Source: a virus (lineage: Duplodnaviria > Heunggongvirae > Uroviricota > Caudoviricetes). Taken from it: DNA of 64,000 bases. Both the position numbers and the translations under genes were made by a program. Of the stretch, positions 18,013 to 28,010 are shown piece by piece. The notes under the pieces are model-generated. The model was not told the DNA's origin. It worked only from the letters and a program-made list of their open reading frames with translations, and ran no database searches. The first letter of the stretch is position 1, and the number at the start of each line of letters is the position of its first letter. The stretch lies in the IMG/VR virus record IMGVR_UViG_3300042486_001111, one strand, 5' to 3'.

Positions 18013-18636
18013 TTATATTAGTTTATAACCTGATTTTATCTTCCACATATTTTTTTCTGGTACTTCTGTTGGTGGGATGTAATCTTCATCTGGACCCAAT
18101 CTTACTGCCAAACCTTTACTAACTAAATCTTCCCACATATTAAAACCATCATACTGACCTGTTTGTGTATTATATAAAAATATAAAGTCAGATGTGAACA
18201 TATCAAAGTTCTCAAAATTATCTTTTAACCATTGGTTGAAATCAATATAGAATTTTCTCATTATACCTTTACCTCTATACTTAGGATAGATATCTACTTT
18301 TTGTATTTGTAGTGAAAATAAACCTGTCATACTATCTTTATAAACAAAGGCAACAAATCTACCAACCTTATCATTTGTAGTATTATCAATAATATCTATT
18401 ATAATTTGGTTTGATGCATCAGTACCTCTACTATAACGAAGTGAAAAGTCATCAAAAGATACTACTGTTTGTATTTTTTTTAAGAAGTTGTGTAGTTCTT
18501 CCCCTTTAACAAATCTACTTATAGATGATAATAGTTTACCGTATATACTACTCTCATCTTTCATTTCTTCAGATTTAACTTCTTCAGTTAAAAGTTCTTC
18601 CCTTAATATTCTTTTTATGTTTTCCTGTAAATTCAT
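18013..18636 (-). CDS. leader family B protein with possible GNAT acetyltransferase fold
   Basis: MNLQENIKRILREE leader; IYPKYRGKGIMRKF resembles GNAT motif A. Confidence 0.5.
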   Translation of the reverse strand: MNLQENIKRILREELLTEEVKSEEMKDESSIYGKLLSSISRFVKGEELHNFLKKIQTVVSFDDFSLRYSRGTDASNQIIIDIIDNTTNDKVGRFVAFVYKDSMTGLFSLQIQKVDIYPKYRGKGIMRKFYIDFNQWLKDNFENFDMFTSDFIFLYNTQTGQYDGFNMWEDLVSKGLAVRLGPDEDYIPPTEVPEKNMWKIKSGYKLI

Positions 18637-19298
18637 TATGTAAGTTTAAATATAACCTCATCAACTAATTCGTCTGTTGATTTACTTTCCCCATTTTCAT
18701 TACGTGGATTGATGGTTGTTTTACCTTTATAAAATTCCCTAATACTATTAATAGATTGTTGTATTTCTTCATCATTCGTATCATCCTCCAATTCAGGTTG
18801 ACCCATTTCTTTTGCCCTTTTGATTCTCCTATCTTTTATAAATTGAATATATGGTCCATCATCTTCAGGTGTTGTTGGTAATCCGAAAACAAATAGATTT
18901 GGTAAATCTTCTAATAAGTCAGGATTTTTTATACTGTCCCCACCTATATCAAAAATTACTTTTTCATTACCATATTTATCTAATAGTTTAGTAAGAACAC
19001 ATCTTTTATATTCATCATTCGATTCACCGTAATTATGACCATCTTCAGTTCTTGTAATATTAACTTCCACACCAGGTTCATCCTTACACAAATTTTCATA
19101 TTCTTCACTACCTTCCATTTTATCCACATCAATACGTGATATACCCAATTTTTTAGATAAGGCTTCTGCGGTGGTAGATTTACCACTACCTGCAGTTCCA
19201 ATAAAGACAATTGGTTTATTTTCATAAGACTTCTGTTCTTCTGTAAGAAGTCCCATCATTTGTTTCATCCTATTAACTTCTTCGTTTAAATTTTTCAT
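18636..19298 (-). CDS. leader family C protein, P-loop nucleotide kinase-like
   Basis: MKNLNEEVNRMKQMMGLLTEE leader; Walker A IVFIGTAGSGKST. Confidence 0.6.
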   Translation of the reverse strand: MKNLNEEVNRMKQMMGLLTEEQKSYENKPIVFIGTAGSGKSTTAEALSKKLGISRIDVDKMEGSEEYENLCKDEPGVEVNITRTEDGHNYGESNDEYKRCVLTKLLDKYGNEKVIFDIGGDSIKNPDLLEDLPNLFVFGLPTTPEDDGPYIQFIKDRRIKRAKEMGQPELEDDTNDEEIQQSINSIREFYKGKTTINPRNENGESKSTDELVDEVIFKLT

Positions 19299-19361
19299 AT
19301 CTAATATTTCATTATATTATAACAAAAATTCCCAATTAAAAAATATGGGGGTGTTTAAAAT

Positions 19362-19799
19362 TTACTTCAATGGTGGAAGATTGTCATATTCATCCTGAGC
19401 ATTACCAAAATCAATTGCCCCTTGTATTAATCTGGTTATTCCATTATAGTCATTAGTTGATAATACCATACTGTTTGTTCCTTTAACTTCTTCTAAATAG
19501 TTAATACTTTTTCCCATTGGGAATTTAAGGAAAATAGCAAGTGATACTTTAGATGGGTCGTTCACTGATTTTGTTGCAACCATCACTTTAAATCCCCTTT
19601 TTGGAAGGGAATAAATTTCCATACCATCAATGTTTTTAACATAATTAAACCCATGTTTTACCGTAAATAAATCACTTAATAATTTATTATTGATTTGACT
19701 AAAATCGGAAGATTGTTCACCACCTTCTTCGTTTTCTCGAATAACCCTTCTAACGATTCTATTTAAATCTGATTCCGTAAGTTTTATAATTCTTTTCAT
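19362..19799 (-). CDS. leader family A protein (MKRIIKLTESDLNRIVRRVIRE...)
   Basis: Conserved leader. Confidence 0.6.
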   Translation of the reverse strand: MKRIIKLTESDLNRIVRRVIRENEEGGEQSSDFSQINNKLLSDLFTVKHGFNYVKNIDGMEIYSLPKRGFKVMVATKSVNDPSKVSLAIFLKFPMGKSINYLEEVKGTNSMVLSTNDYNGITRLIQGAIDFGNAQDEYDNLPPLK

Positions 19800-20020
19800 A
19801 ATAATATTTTATTATAAATATATTATATATACAAAAAATCCCCACTTATGAGGTGAGGATTTATCTTTTTCCGTAATAATCGAAATAGTCTTTTCTGTCT
19901 TTAAGTACCGTTACTATCAGAAACGTTATACTTAGTATACTTAATATAATCATATCGTATATATACTAAGATAAACTATATTGTGTAACCTTTGTATATT
20001 ATGAAATTGTTATGATATAA

Positions 20021-20335
20021 TCACCAAAAGGTAATTATATTATCACTACTAGTTTGTCTCCATTGACCTTTACCTGTGGGTTTTTTAAGTTTATCCGATT
20101 CAGGATATTCATTATTATCATATGTTGCCAACATTTTACCTTTACTAGAATTTGGAAGCATCTCATAAAAGGTTAATTTGGTATCATCTTTTTCCCAAAG
20201 TCCTACACCATATCCTGGGTTCCATTTTGATGGTGCGGGTATTTTCATCACCCACTGATTGGGGTCACCTTCATTGATAACTCGTTTAACAATATTAACC
20301 AAATCTGATTCTCTAAGTTTAACTATTCTTTTCAT
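20021..20335 (-). CDS. leader family A protein (MKRIVKLRESDLVNIVKRVINE...)
   Basis: Conserved leader. Confidence 0.6.
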   Translation of the reverse strand: MKRIVKLRESDLVNIVKRVINEGDPNQWVMKIPAPSKWNPGYGVGLWEKDDTKLTFYEMLPNSSKGKMLATYDNNEYPESDKLKKPTGKGQWRQTSSDNIITFW

Positions 20336-20386
20336 ATCTAATATTTTATTATAAATATATGTTAAAAAGAAAAAACCCCTATATTC

Positions 20387-21088
20387 CTATATAGGTTTAA
20401 TCATCTCTTTTAATTCCCATTTACCCTTATCGTAGATAATATAACTATTGTTCTCAATCCAATCACCACAATTTAGATAATGTATTCCATCTATGTATTT
20501 ATTTTCTGGTGTATGTATATGTCCACAAATAACTCCCTTACAGTTTCTTTTCTTAGATTGGTACACCAACTGTTCTTCAAAGTTAGTTATGAACTTAACC
20601 GCATCCTTTACTTTCTTTTTTAAGAACTTACTTAATGACTTCTTATAACCAAACTTCTTCATTAACATATCTAAACTTATCGCCAACTCATACCCAAATG
20701 ATCCCAACTTACCCAACCATTTCATTTGTACTATACCATCATATAAATCTCCGTGGGTTATGAAGTAATCTTCCCATATCATCTCATTCACCACAGTAAT
20801 ATTCTCACCAAAGTATAATGGAATATAACTCCTTAAAAAATCATCATGATTGCCAGTGATATAAGTTACCTTAGTTCCCTTTTTTGTATATGATAAAATC
20901 TTACGAATAACATTAGAAAAGGATTGATTCCAATAGTGTCTCTTCTTCAATAACCAACCATCTATAAAATCACCTACTATGATTAATTCTTTAGGTTCAT
21001 ATTTTTTTAACATCTCCAATAGTAATTCGGCATTGGATCCCTTACTACCTAAATGTACATCCGATATAAATAACGCGTCAACTTTCAT
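20387..21088 (-). CDS. calcineurin-like metallophosphoesterase, LpxH-like (UDP-2,3-diacylglucosamine hydrolase family)
   Basis: ISDVHLGSKGSN...IIVGDFIDGW...GNHDD...GHIH motifs. Confidence 0.65.
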   Translation of the reverse strand: MKVDALFISDVHLGSKGSNAELLLEMLKKYEPKELIIVGDFIDGWLLKKRHYWNQSFSNVIRKILSYTKKGTKVTYITGNHDDFLRSYIPLYFGENITVVNEMIWEDYFITHGDLYDGIVQMKWLGKLGSFGYELAISLDMLMKKFGYKKSLSKFLKKKVKDAVKFITNFEEQLVYQSKKRNCKGVICGHIHTPENKYIDGIHYLNCGDWIENNSYIIYDKGKWELKEMIKPI

Positions 21089-21787
21089 TTAAAAATAATT
21101 TATTTCTTTTCTAAAATGATCTTCATCATTTCTTTTTTTATAGTTATTAACCAAAAATTTCACATAGAACCAGTACCCCATCTTCTTAAACCTTCTATCA
21201 TCTTGTGTGACATATCTGTTTATGATTTTAAATTTATCTATTGGGTATTTTTTACTTAGGATAAAATCTTCACTTTGTTTTATCGTCTCATCGAATCCAC
21301 CATAACTATTAAATGATTCTATAGATGTCATAAAGTATGCACCCATAGAAAAGGAAGTTTTTAGTTTTGGGTGTATTTTATTGAATAGATAAAATCCTAA
21401 GTTAAGTGGGAAACCCGATCTACTTTTTAACTTACACGTAACTAAATCGTAATCATTTTCTAATTCATTAAGGGATGACAATATTGTATCATCATCAGTA
21501 AATGTTACATCAGCATCCAAAAATAATACATATTTTGTATTAACCATAGATGCACCCTTATTACGTGCGTACGAAACTTTACCACCTTCCTCAATAAGGA
21601 TTTCATACTTAACTTTTTTCTTAATGTTATTTATTATATCAATAGTATTATCGGTAGAATCACCGTCCAAAATAATAACTTTTGTACCTTCTATGTTTTT
21701 TTGATTGTTTAGTGATAATAGTGTATCACCTATATAATTCTCCTCATCCTTACAAGGTATTATTACTGTTATAAAACTTGATATCAT
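21089..21787 (-). CDS. family 2 glycosyltransferase
   Basis: VIIPCKDEENYI...ILDGDSTDNT...FLDADV motifs typical of GT2. Confidence 0.7.
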   Translation of the reverse strand: MISSFITVIIPCKDEENYIGDTLLSLNNQKNIEGTKVIILDGDSTDNTIDIINNIKKKVKYEILIEEGGKVSYARNKGASMVNTKYVLFLDADVTFTDDDTILSSLNELENDYDLVTCKLKSRSGFPLNLGFYLFNKIHPKLKTSFSMGAYFMTSIESFNSYGGFDETIKQSEDFILSKKYPIDKFKIINRYVTQDDRRFKKMGYWFYVKFLVNNYKKRNDEDHFRKEINYF

Positions 21788-21843
21788 ACTAATAAATACG
21801 TGTGTTTTTTTGTTGTTAGGTTTGTTAATGATTTATTAACAAT

Positions 21844-21873
21844 AAAAAACCCCTATATTTTTATAGGGGTTTT
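21844..21873. terminator. bidirectional intrinsic terminator (cccctata-tttt-tatagggg)
   Basis: Perfect 8-bp hairpin flanked by an A-run and a T-run. Confidence 0.6.
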
Positions 21874-21889
21874 ATTGTAGTAGTAGTTA

Positions 21890-22114
21890 TTATTCTTCAT
21901 CATCTTCTTCACCTACCCAAAAGTCCATAACATAATCATCATAGACATATTTAAGTTCATCTAACTCTTCTTCACTCAGATCATCCATTAGATGAGATTC
22001 GGCATAACTAAATACATCCGTCATCCAATCATATATAAAATCGTAGTCCTCTTGTGGTGCCTCATCGATACAACGATCAAGTACACCGTAAATCAATTCT
22101 TCTTTCTCACTCAT
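21890..22114 (-). CDS. small acidic protein (74 aa)
   Basis: Intact ORF. Confidence 0.4.
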   Translation of the reverse strand: MSEKEELIYGVLDRCIDEAPQEDYDFIYDWMTDVFSYAESHLMDDLSEEELDELKYVYDDYVMDFWVGEEDDEE

Positions 22115-22143
22115 AATTTATAATTTATTTACAAATATAGTAT

Positions 22144-22335
22144 TTATTTTTTAATATTATGATTTTCATATGAAATAATTATTTCTTCACCCACTTGTAT
22201 TGATACTATATGTGTTGGTGTAGTGTCTTTATACACTTCTTCTGTAATATAAAGGTTCTCCCACTCTACATCAGTGTTCTTCATAACCCATTGTACTCTT
22301 TCTTCCCAAGTCATTTCTCTTTTAAACCTACTCAT
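22144..22335 (-). CDS. small hypothetical protein (start uncertain)
   Basis: The longer ORF (to 22392) overlaps the upstream gene by 56 nt. An internal Met start gives the abutment typical of this region. Confidence 0.3.
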   Translation of the reverse strand: MSRFKREMTWEERVQWVMKNTDVEWENLYITEEVYKDTTPTHIVSIQVGEEIIISYENHNIKK

Positions 22336-22336
22336 A

Positions 22337-22603
22337 TTATTCTGATTTAAATTTTGTATCATAATAATGTTTAGAATTAAAGACTGGATCAATAATCTTT
22401 TCCTCTCTGGTTCTTAACCCCTTTTCATAACCATCGTCCCAACTTTCACATACCATATTTTCTTCCATCTGTTTGGCTTGATTAACAATTTCTACAATAG
22501 AAACCTCATCATCCCATATCCATCCGTCTAAATTGATGATACCTTTACTCATTAATTCACTAACCAACCATTCTACTGATGTCTGTTTTTCCATTCCTTC
22601 CAT
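22337..22603 (-). CDS. hypothetical protein (88 aa)
   Basis: Intact ORF. Confidence 0.45.
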   Translation of the reverse strand: MEGMEKQTSVEWLVSELMSKGIINLDGWIWDDEVSIVEIVNQAKQMEENMVCESWDDGYEKGLRTREEKIIDPVFNSKHYYDTKFKSE

Positions 22604-22716
22604 GTTTCAAAGTCTTTAAGTTTTTCTAATTTTTCTTTCTTCCATTCTTTTACTATAACATAAGCAGTTGCCCATGTAACAAAAGCACCTGTAAAGAATC
22701 CTATTGCAAAATCCAT
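22573..22716 (-). CDS. small single-TM membrane protein (start uncertain)
   Basis: Hydrophobic segment FAIGFFTGAFVTWATAYVIV. Confidence 0.3.
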   Translation of the reverse strand: MDFAIGFFTGAFVTWATAYVIVKEWKKEKLEKLKDFETWKEWKNRHQ

Positions 22717-22717
22717 A

Positions 22718-22921
22718 TTACTTCTTTTTGAATTGTTGAAACCATTCTTCAACTTTATTGATATCTGCTTTGTAATCGTACATCCATTTTGCAAATGCTA
22801 TAACTTCTTCCTCACTATACATTCTTTCAGCTTGCCATTTAGCGCCTGCTATCCAGTTATCAGTTTTACATAAATTAGGGTCTGCGAGATTAGCAGCTGC
22901 TTCTTCTATTTCTTTACTCAT
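22718..22921 (-). CDS. hypothetical protein (67 aa)
   Basis: Intact ORF. Confidence 0.4.
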   Translation of the reverse strand: MSKEIEEAAANLADPNLCKTDNWIAGAKWQAERMYSEEEVIAFAKWMYDYKADINKVEEWFQQFKKK

Positions 22922-23074
22922 CTTTGTTTAATCTCCTTTCAATTATAGATTCAAGTTCTGTCACTATTTCTTCCTCAATGTCATCATCCAAGTTATACCA
23001 CCAATCATCAAATCCCTTTCTATTACCTAATGAATCTATAATCTCCAAAACACATTTTTTGATTTCTCGTTTAC

Positions 23075-23293
23075 TCATATTGTAATGATTTTACAATTAC
23101 TTTTATCTATGTCATGTAGTTTACCATCAACCTTTACTCTATAATAGGACCCATAAAAATTTAACCATTCTTTATCAACTTCAAACTGTTCACCCGTTAC
23201 AAATTTTTTCTCCACAAGTCCCTTTCTATAATATCGTAATAGTTCGTGTAAATATCCTTCACAAAAACAATCTTTTTTTACTTCAATTATCAT
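23075..23293 (-). CDS. hypothetical protein (72 aa)
   Basis: Intact ORF. Confidence 0.4.
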   Translation of the reverse strand: MIIEVKKDCFCEGYLHELLRYYRKGLVEKKFVTGEQFEVDKEWLNFYGSYYRVKVDGKLHDIDKSNCKIITI

Positions 23294-23388
23294 CTTTTAA
23301 ATTTTGATTTAATTTTCATCCAAACTATTTCGGGGTAATTCCATACCCACCAAAAAAACCAATATATTTTATTCATTAGTTAATAATT

Positions 23389-23901
23389 TTAATTAAAGTT
23401 TTTAGTGTAAAAATCTTTTTCAGATATTGTCATATCAGACTCATACTCACCTAACAGTACTCTCAATTCATCAACCTCTTTCCAATATATGGACCCTTCA
23501 CTTTCTGGTGAATAATCATTATCGACTAAGTACTGAACAATTGTGTTTGGTTCGGTGGTAATAAAACCGTGTGCAAATCCTTTGGGAACAAATAGTTCTA
23601 AATTGGGTACCATAATGAATGTATACAATTTCATATAATCAGGTGATTCTGATCTTATGTCAATAATAAAATCCATTATTCTTCCAGTGATTACTTTAAT
23701 GAGTTTGGATTGTGCCTTATCACCTATTTGGAAATGTAATCCTCTAAGTGTGTATTGGTTAGGGTTGAAACTAACGTTACTTTGTACCCAATTCTTTTGT
23801 AACTCTGAATTATCTGAATTATCATAATTTAAAGGTAGTGGTGCGAATACACCTCTATTATCCTCAAAAACTTTATTTTCTATCAAATAAGGTTGTTCCA
23901 T
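23389..23901 (-). CDS. rmlC: dTDP-4-dehydrorhamnose 3,5-epimerase-like cupin (RmlC family)
   Basis: RGLHFQ...KLIKVITGRIMDFIIDIR...FVPKGFAHGF...YW matches RmlC motifs. Confidence 0.75.
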   Translation of the reverse strand: MEQPYLIENKVFEDNRGVFAPLPLNYDNSDNSELQKNWVQSNVSFNPNQYTLRGLHFQIGDKAQSKLIKVITGRIMDFIIDIRSESPDYMKLYTFIMVPNLELFVPKGFAHGFITTEPNTIVQYLVDNDYSPESEGSIYWKEVDELRVLLGEYESDMTISEKDFYTKNFN

Positions 23902-24004
23902 AGTTATTTAGATTATTAATGCAATTGTCCATACTAACGTTAGTACAAACACTATGATTCCTGCCACTTCTATTGGCATCGGTTTTAATTTTCTATTATC
24001 CATT

Positions 24005-24481
24005 TTATTTAGGTTCTTCTTGTGGAATGATTATTTTATGTTGTTTTACTAATGATGTACTTCCTCTTAATACTGGATTATTTTGATCTACTTGAAAATA
24101 ATCATATAGAACTTCAACCCACTCACAATTTGAATTCTTTACAAACCATTCTAAAAACTCATCATCAATAGCTTGTACACCATCTTTGATTAACTCTTGG
24201 TCTGTTGTTAAAATGATTTTTGCTACACCTAATCTTCTTTCTAAGTTTAATTCAGTTGCTTCAATACATTTATGAACTGAATTTGTTCTTGGTAAATAAT
24301 ACCAATCTCCTTCTTTAATTTCTTCATCAGAAGTGATGTAGATGTTTTGGTTTTCACTATCTAAAATGATAGGCATCATCCTATCAAATAAAACTAAATG
24401 GTTAAAAACCTCTTTACCCTTTTTGGTTAAATATCCTATTCTACTAGGTTTGTCTGTTGGTAACAGATACACGTTTTTCAT
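24005..24481 (-). CDS. hypothetical protein (158 aa)
   Basis: Intact ORF. Confidence 0.45.
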   Translation of the reverse strand: MKNVYLLPTDKPSRIGYLTKKGKEVFNHLVLFDRMMPIILDSENQNIYITSDEEIKEGDWYYLPRTNSVHKCIEATELNLERRLGVAKIILTTDQELIKDGVQAIDDEFLEWFVKNSNCEWVEVLYDYFQVDQNNPVLRGSTSLVKQHKIIIPQEEPK

Positions 24482-24548
24482 AGTTGTTTAGATTTAATTA
24501 AACAAATATAAGGACAATTTTTTAAATAATCAAACTAAAAGACAAATA

Positions 24549-25013
24549 TTAATATTCGTACAGTTGTTTTAACTTACTTAATGTTTTGCCAACATTATCG
24601 GAACTGTGTTTAATACCTATACCATCATTACCAACCCATGAGTCTATGTTGGTTTGACTATCATCAATTAGTATTGAATTTTCATTTCCATATTTTATAC
24701 CTTTGTCTTTACCTGATGTGACAAATACAATTGGCGGTATTGGGTTTAAGTAATCTTTAACTTGTTGTCTTTTGGTTTTTTTCGCACCATCAATATCTTT
24801 AGTACCAGTGGATGATAAGATAGTTGGGTTATATTTTTTAATACCTTCCCACAATTCACTCCCAATGTAATCAGTTTCATCTCCTGATCCACCTTCATCT
24901 GCACCCATTTTTTTAAATAAAACACCACCCATATCAACATATAGCGTATATGATTTATTTTTTTGTTCGGTTTCTTCCCTTAATATTCTTCTTATAGATT
25001 CGTGTAGTCTCAT
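24549..25013 (-). CDS. leader family B protein with NT5C/HAD-like fold (5'(3')-deoxyribonucleotidase-like, DxD changed to DxG)
   Basis: MRLHESIRRILREE leader; LYVDMGGVLF versus HAD motif I DMDGVL; C-terminal ILIDDS matches HAD motif IV. Confidence 0.45.
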   Translation of the reverse strand: MRLHESIRRILREETEQKNKSYTLYVDMGGVLFKKMGADEGGSGDETDYIGSELWEGIKKYNPTILSSTGTKDIDGAKKTKRQQVKDYLNPIPPIVFVTSGKDKGIKYGNENSILIDDSQTNIDSWVGNDGIGIKHSSDNVGKTLSKLKQLYEY

Positions 25014-25018
25014 AATAT

Positions 25019-26431
25019 TTAAGCCATATTAGTCGTGTCATTTTTATTAATATCATCACTACCCTTTTCCTTAATTTCATTTTGTGCCAAATCATTAAGT
25101 TCTTTTAAAAACACAGTAAGTTTTGGTGTCATACCACCTATTACCCAACAAGCAATCAAACGTTCAAAATCAAGTGATGGTTCATTATTGTTTATTGTTG
25201 CCTGTATATGAGTCGAAAGTATACTTAGTGGAATATCCTCACCAAGTTTTATCATATTATTGTCAGTTAAATAACTTCTATATCCTGCTAAGTTTGATAG
25301 TTTTTCATTCCAATCACAATTGTATCCACTTTTCCAGTCATCACCAGTAAAATGTTTTTTTAACTTTTCTACATCAATACCTTTAGACTGTAATTCTTTT
25401 TTGGTGTCAGCAGGAATTGATTCAGTTTGTGATAAATTTTTAATATTTACATCATCTTTTCCTTCTAGTTCACCATAATAATCATATGCTGAAGGTAACG
25501 CTTGTTGTATAGTTATTGTCGAATTAAGTTTTCGAACTTTTCTCCATAGTATGTGTTGTATTTCATGAACAAAAGTGTCTTCTGTTTTTTGAGCGACTTT
25601 ACCTATACCACTTTTTTTATACATTCTAAAATATGATTCCATATTAACACATACTGTGTATTCAGGACAATTACCATTAACATACATATTTGCATTTATT
25701 TCTTCCGCCTGTTTAGTATAATCAGTCCACCCTTTTTTTTCTATTTTATCTAATGCAGATAAATAATCATCAATTACATCACTACCAAGAGTAGTTAAAT
25801 AATCCCACATTTCCATGTTAGATCTTATCTTTTTTTGTACTGCTGGAGTTTTCAAATACGATCTCCAATATTTTAGTGCATATTTAAAACTACCATCTAA
25901 TGTTTTAGGTATTATTACTTTTTTTGCTTCAATATCTTCTTTAGGTAATAATTTAAATGACATATCAAATACCGTTTGAGCATCAACCTCACAAGTCTTA
26001 GCCAACTTAGTACATGTTATAACAATCATTGCCCCAACCGCCTTTAACATTTTTGGTCCATATCCAGTAGTTTCACCCACATCATACCCTTGTTTTTTTA
26101 GTTGTAACCACAATTTATTTACAGTATCTATACCTGATTTTGTGCCGTATCTCCAATAACCTAAAGCCTTCGCAGTTTGATTACCGAAATCCCAATCTTT
26201 AGAAATATTCCAACCAATTGCAATTAAAAAATCTTGTACACCACCAGCACCTTCATATGGGTTAGGAACTCTTTCATCACTAAAGAATTTTTTTTCTGCA
26301 ATTTGTTTATAATACCAACATCTTTTACCTGCACTAACCCCTTCAACAAGTAATTGACTTTCACTAATAACCCTCTTTACTATTCTATGTAAATCAGATT
26401 CAGTTAATTTAATTATTTTTTTCCCATTCAT
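25019..26431 (-). CDS. leader family A protein (470 aa) with HExxH zinc-metallopeptidase motif and putative peptidoglycan-binding-like region
   Basis: MNGKKIIKLTESDLHRIVKRVISE leader; TFVHEIQHILW; the N-terminal region resembles PG-binding repeats (weak). Confidence 0.55.
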   Translation of the reverse strand: MNGKKIIKLTESDLHRIVKRVISESQLLVEGVSAGKRCWYYKQIAEKKFFSDERVPNPYEGAGGVQDFLIAIGWNISKDWDFGNQTAKALGYWRYGTKSGIDTVNKLWLQLKKQGYDVGETTGYGPKMLKAVGAMIVITCTKLAKTCEVDAQTVFDMSFKLLPKEDIEAKKVIIPKTLDGSFKYALKYWRSYLKTPAVQKKIRSNMEMWDYLTTLGSDVIDDYLSALDKIEKKGWTDYTKQAEEINANMYVNGNCPEYTVCVNMESYFRMYKKSGIGKVAQKTEDTFVHEIQHILWRKVRKLNSTITIQQALPSAYDYYGELEGKDDVNIKNLSQTESIPADTKKELQSKGIDVEKLKKHFTGDDWKSGYNCDWNEKLSNLAGYRSYLTDNNMIKLGEDIPLSILSTHIQATINNNEPSLDFERLIACWVIGGMTPKLTVFLKELNDLAQNEIKEKGSDDINKNDTTNMA

Positions 26432-26817
26432 AATCTCACATTACTTAAATCTATTGGTTTAACTTCTTCATCATAATAATCGTCACCATCAAAACCATAT
26501 TTTTTTATTGCACTATCTTGTTCATTTCTTTCTACAACTTCCCAACCACGACCATCAAACTCCTCAAAATAAATCCATTGTCCACCCATTTTAGGGTGAA
26601 CAAACACATCACCACCCGTGTCAATTCCATAGATTTTTAACTCCATACCAAATATAACTTCAAGTACTTTTAAAATCTCCTTATTGGTTAAACCCATTGT
26701 ATCCATATCTGTAACATATGGTGGTTTTACTATAGAAGCAATTTTTTTATAGAGTTTATCTTCCGCATCTTCTTTTAGTATTTTTTTAACTATATTTTTT
26801 ATGAGTAATCTATTCAT
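26428..26817 (-). CDS. leader family B protein with PPY..D.D..G module
   Basis: N-term MNRLLIKNIVKKILKEDAED (carries the family B IVKKILKE core); module KKIASIVKPPYVTDMDTMGLTNKEILKVLEVIFG. Confidence 0.55.
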   Translation of the reverse strand: MNRLLIKNIVKKILKEDAEDKLYKKIASIVKPPYVTDMDTMGLTNKEILKVLEVIFGMELKIYGIDTGGDVFVHPKMGGQWIYFEEFDGRGWEVVERNEQDSAIKKYGFDGDDYYDEEVKPIDLSNVRL

Positions 26818-26818
26818 A

Positions 26819-27490
26819 TTAACTACACTTTCCCCAAGAGAAACTTCTAACTCTACATCCCTTTTTTGAAGTGATGTTTATATTTAATGCACATAATATA
26901 GTTTTAAGTAACCATATACCAATCAGTGTAACTAACACTGCACTCGCAATAGTTAACACCAATGCAGGCATTGTAAAGGAACCAAATATTGTTACCAACG
27001 CCATACTGGTACCAAAGAATTCTTTAAGTACTTCTTCCCCTTCAGTTTCTTTCTCCGCCTCAGATTTTTTAGATTTAATATTTTTATAAAGTTTTTTAAG
27101 ATCACCACTACTTAATGTATTAAGGAAATCTACGAACTTATCCAAATATTCTTTGATAGTCTTAAGTGCTTCTTCCGCACCGTCTTTGAATTTCTCTCTA
27201 ACAACCTGTCCGAATTTTTTATCTACATATGCGCCCATATCAGAAAATTGACATATCTCAGTATTGTCTATGGAATCAACCATACTTTGTTCATCTTGAA
27301 CAGTTACACCAATCTCATTCATAATTTCCTCACCACCATCAGACTTTAGTTCATCCATAAATGATTTCATGTTATCATCATCGATATCATATTCTCTAAG
27401 TAAAGTTTTCTGTTCACTTTTAGTTACACCCATTTCATATTCGAAAAGGTATTTAATTTTGTCAATTTGTTGTTCTATATTACGTTTCAT
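26819..27490 (-). CDS. family C-like protein with C-terminal transmembrane segments
   Basis: Start set at MKRNIEQQIDKIKYLFEYEMGVT; hydrophobic C-terminal TM stretch (MALVTIFGSFTMPALVLTIASAVLVTLIGIWLL). Confidence 0.5.
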   Translation of the reverse strand: MKRNIEQQIDKIKYLFEYEMGVTKSEQKTLLREYDIDDDNMKSFMDELKSDGGEEIMNEIGVTVQDEQSMVDSIDNTEICQFSDMGAYVDKKFGQVVREKFKDGAEEALKTIKEYLDKFVDFLNTLSSGDLKKLYKNIKSKKSEAEKETEGEEVLKEFFGTSMALVTIFGSFTMPALVLTIASAVLVTLIGIWLLKTILCALNINITSKKGCRVRSFSWGKCS

Positions 27491-27522
27491 ATTTATTTTA
27501 TATATAAATATACTATTAAACA

Positions 27523-27551
27523 TAAAAATCCGTATGGTTCTCATACGGATC
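27523..27551 (-). terminator. intrinsic terminator (atccgtatg/catacggat 9-bp hairpin + T-run on minus strand)
   Basis: Seen directly. Confidence 0.55.
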
Positions 27552-27756
27552 ATTTGTTTCGACATACCAATAAATTAATATTCGGAATTTACATAAGAAT
27601 CAATAATAATATGTTTATCCTTTAGAACCAATTTAGGGTTGTCCTTTTCTTTTTCATTCAACTTTTTAGTATATTTTATCATCTCATTTATAATATGAGT
27701 ATCCCTTAACTTATATACCTCACACAATTTTTTATTGTCTGTTACTTCCATATCAT

Positions 27757-28008
27757 TTATTTTTCTATATGTTTAACCATTTTGATGTTTAGTGTTGGGG
27801 TATCTAACCATTCACCTCCACACATTTTTATAGTACTCATCCCATTATTATAAGACGCCACTTGAGTTGCCTCTATTTGTGTACCATCATTCATAATGAC
27901 TAATTCATCACAAACTTTATCTTCCTCACCTATTGTGTACGTTAATAACCCGTATACCAATACTATTGATATCACTAATGTTGTAATAATACTAAATTTT
28001 CTTATCAT
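27757..28008 (-). CDS. small membrane-anchored protein (83 aa)
   Basis: N-terminal TM segment FSIITTLVISIVLVYGLL. Confidence 0.45.
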   Translation of the reverse strand: MIRKFSIITTLVISIVLVYGLLTYTIGEEDKVCDELVIMNDGTQIEATQVASYNNGMSTIKMCGGEWLDTPTLNIKMVKHIEK

Positions 28009-28010
28009 AA

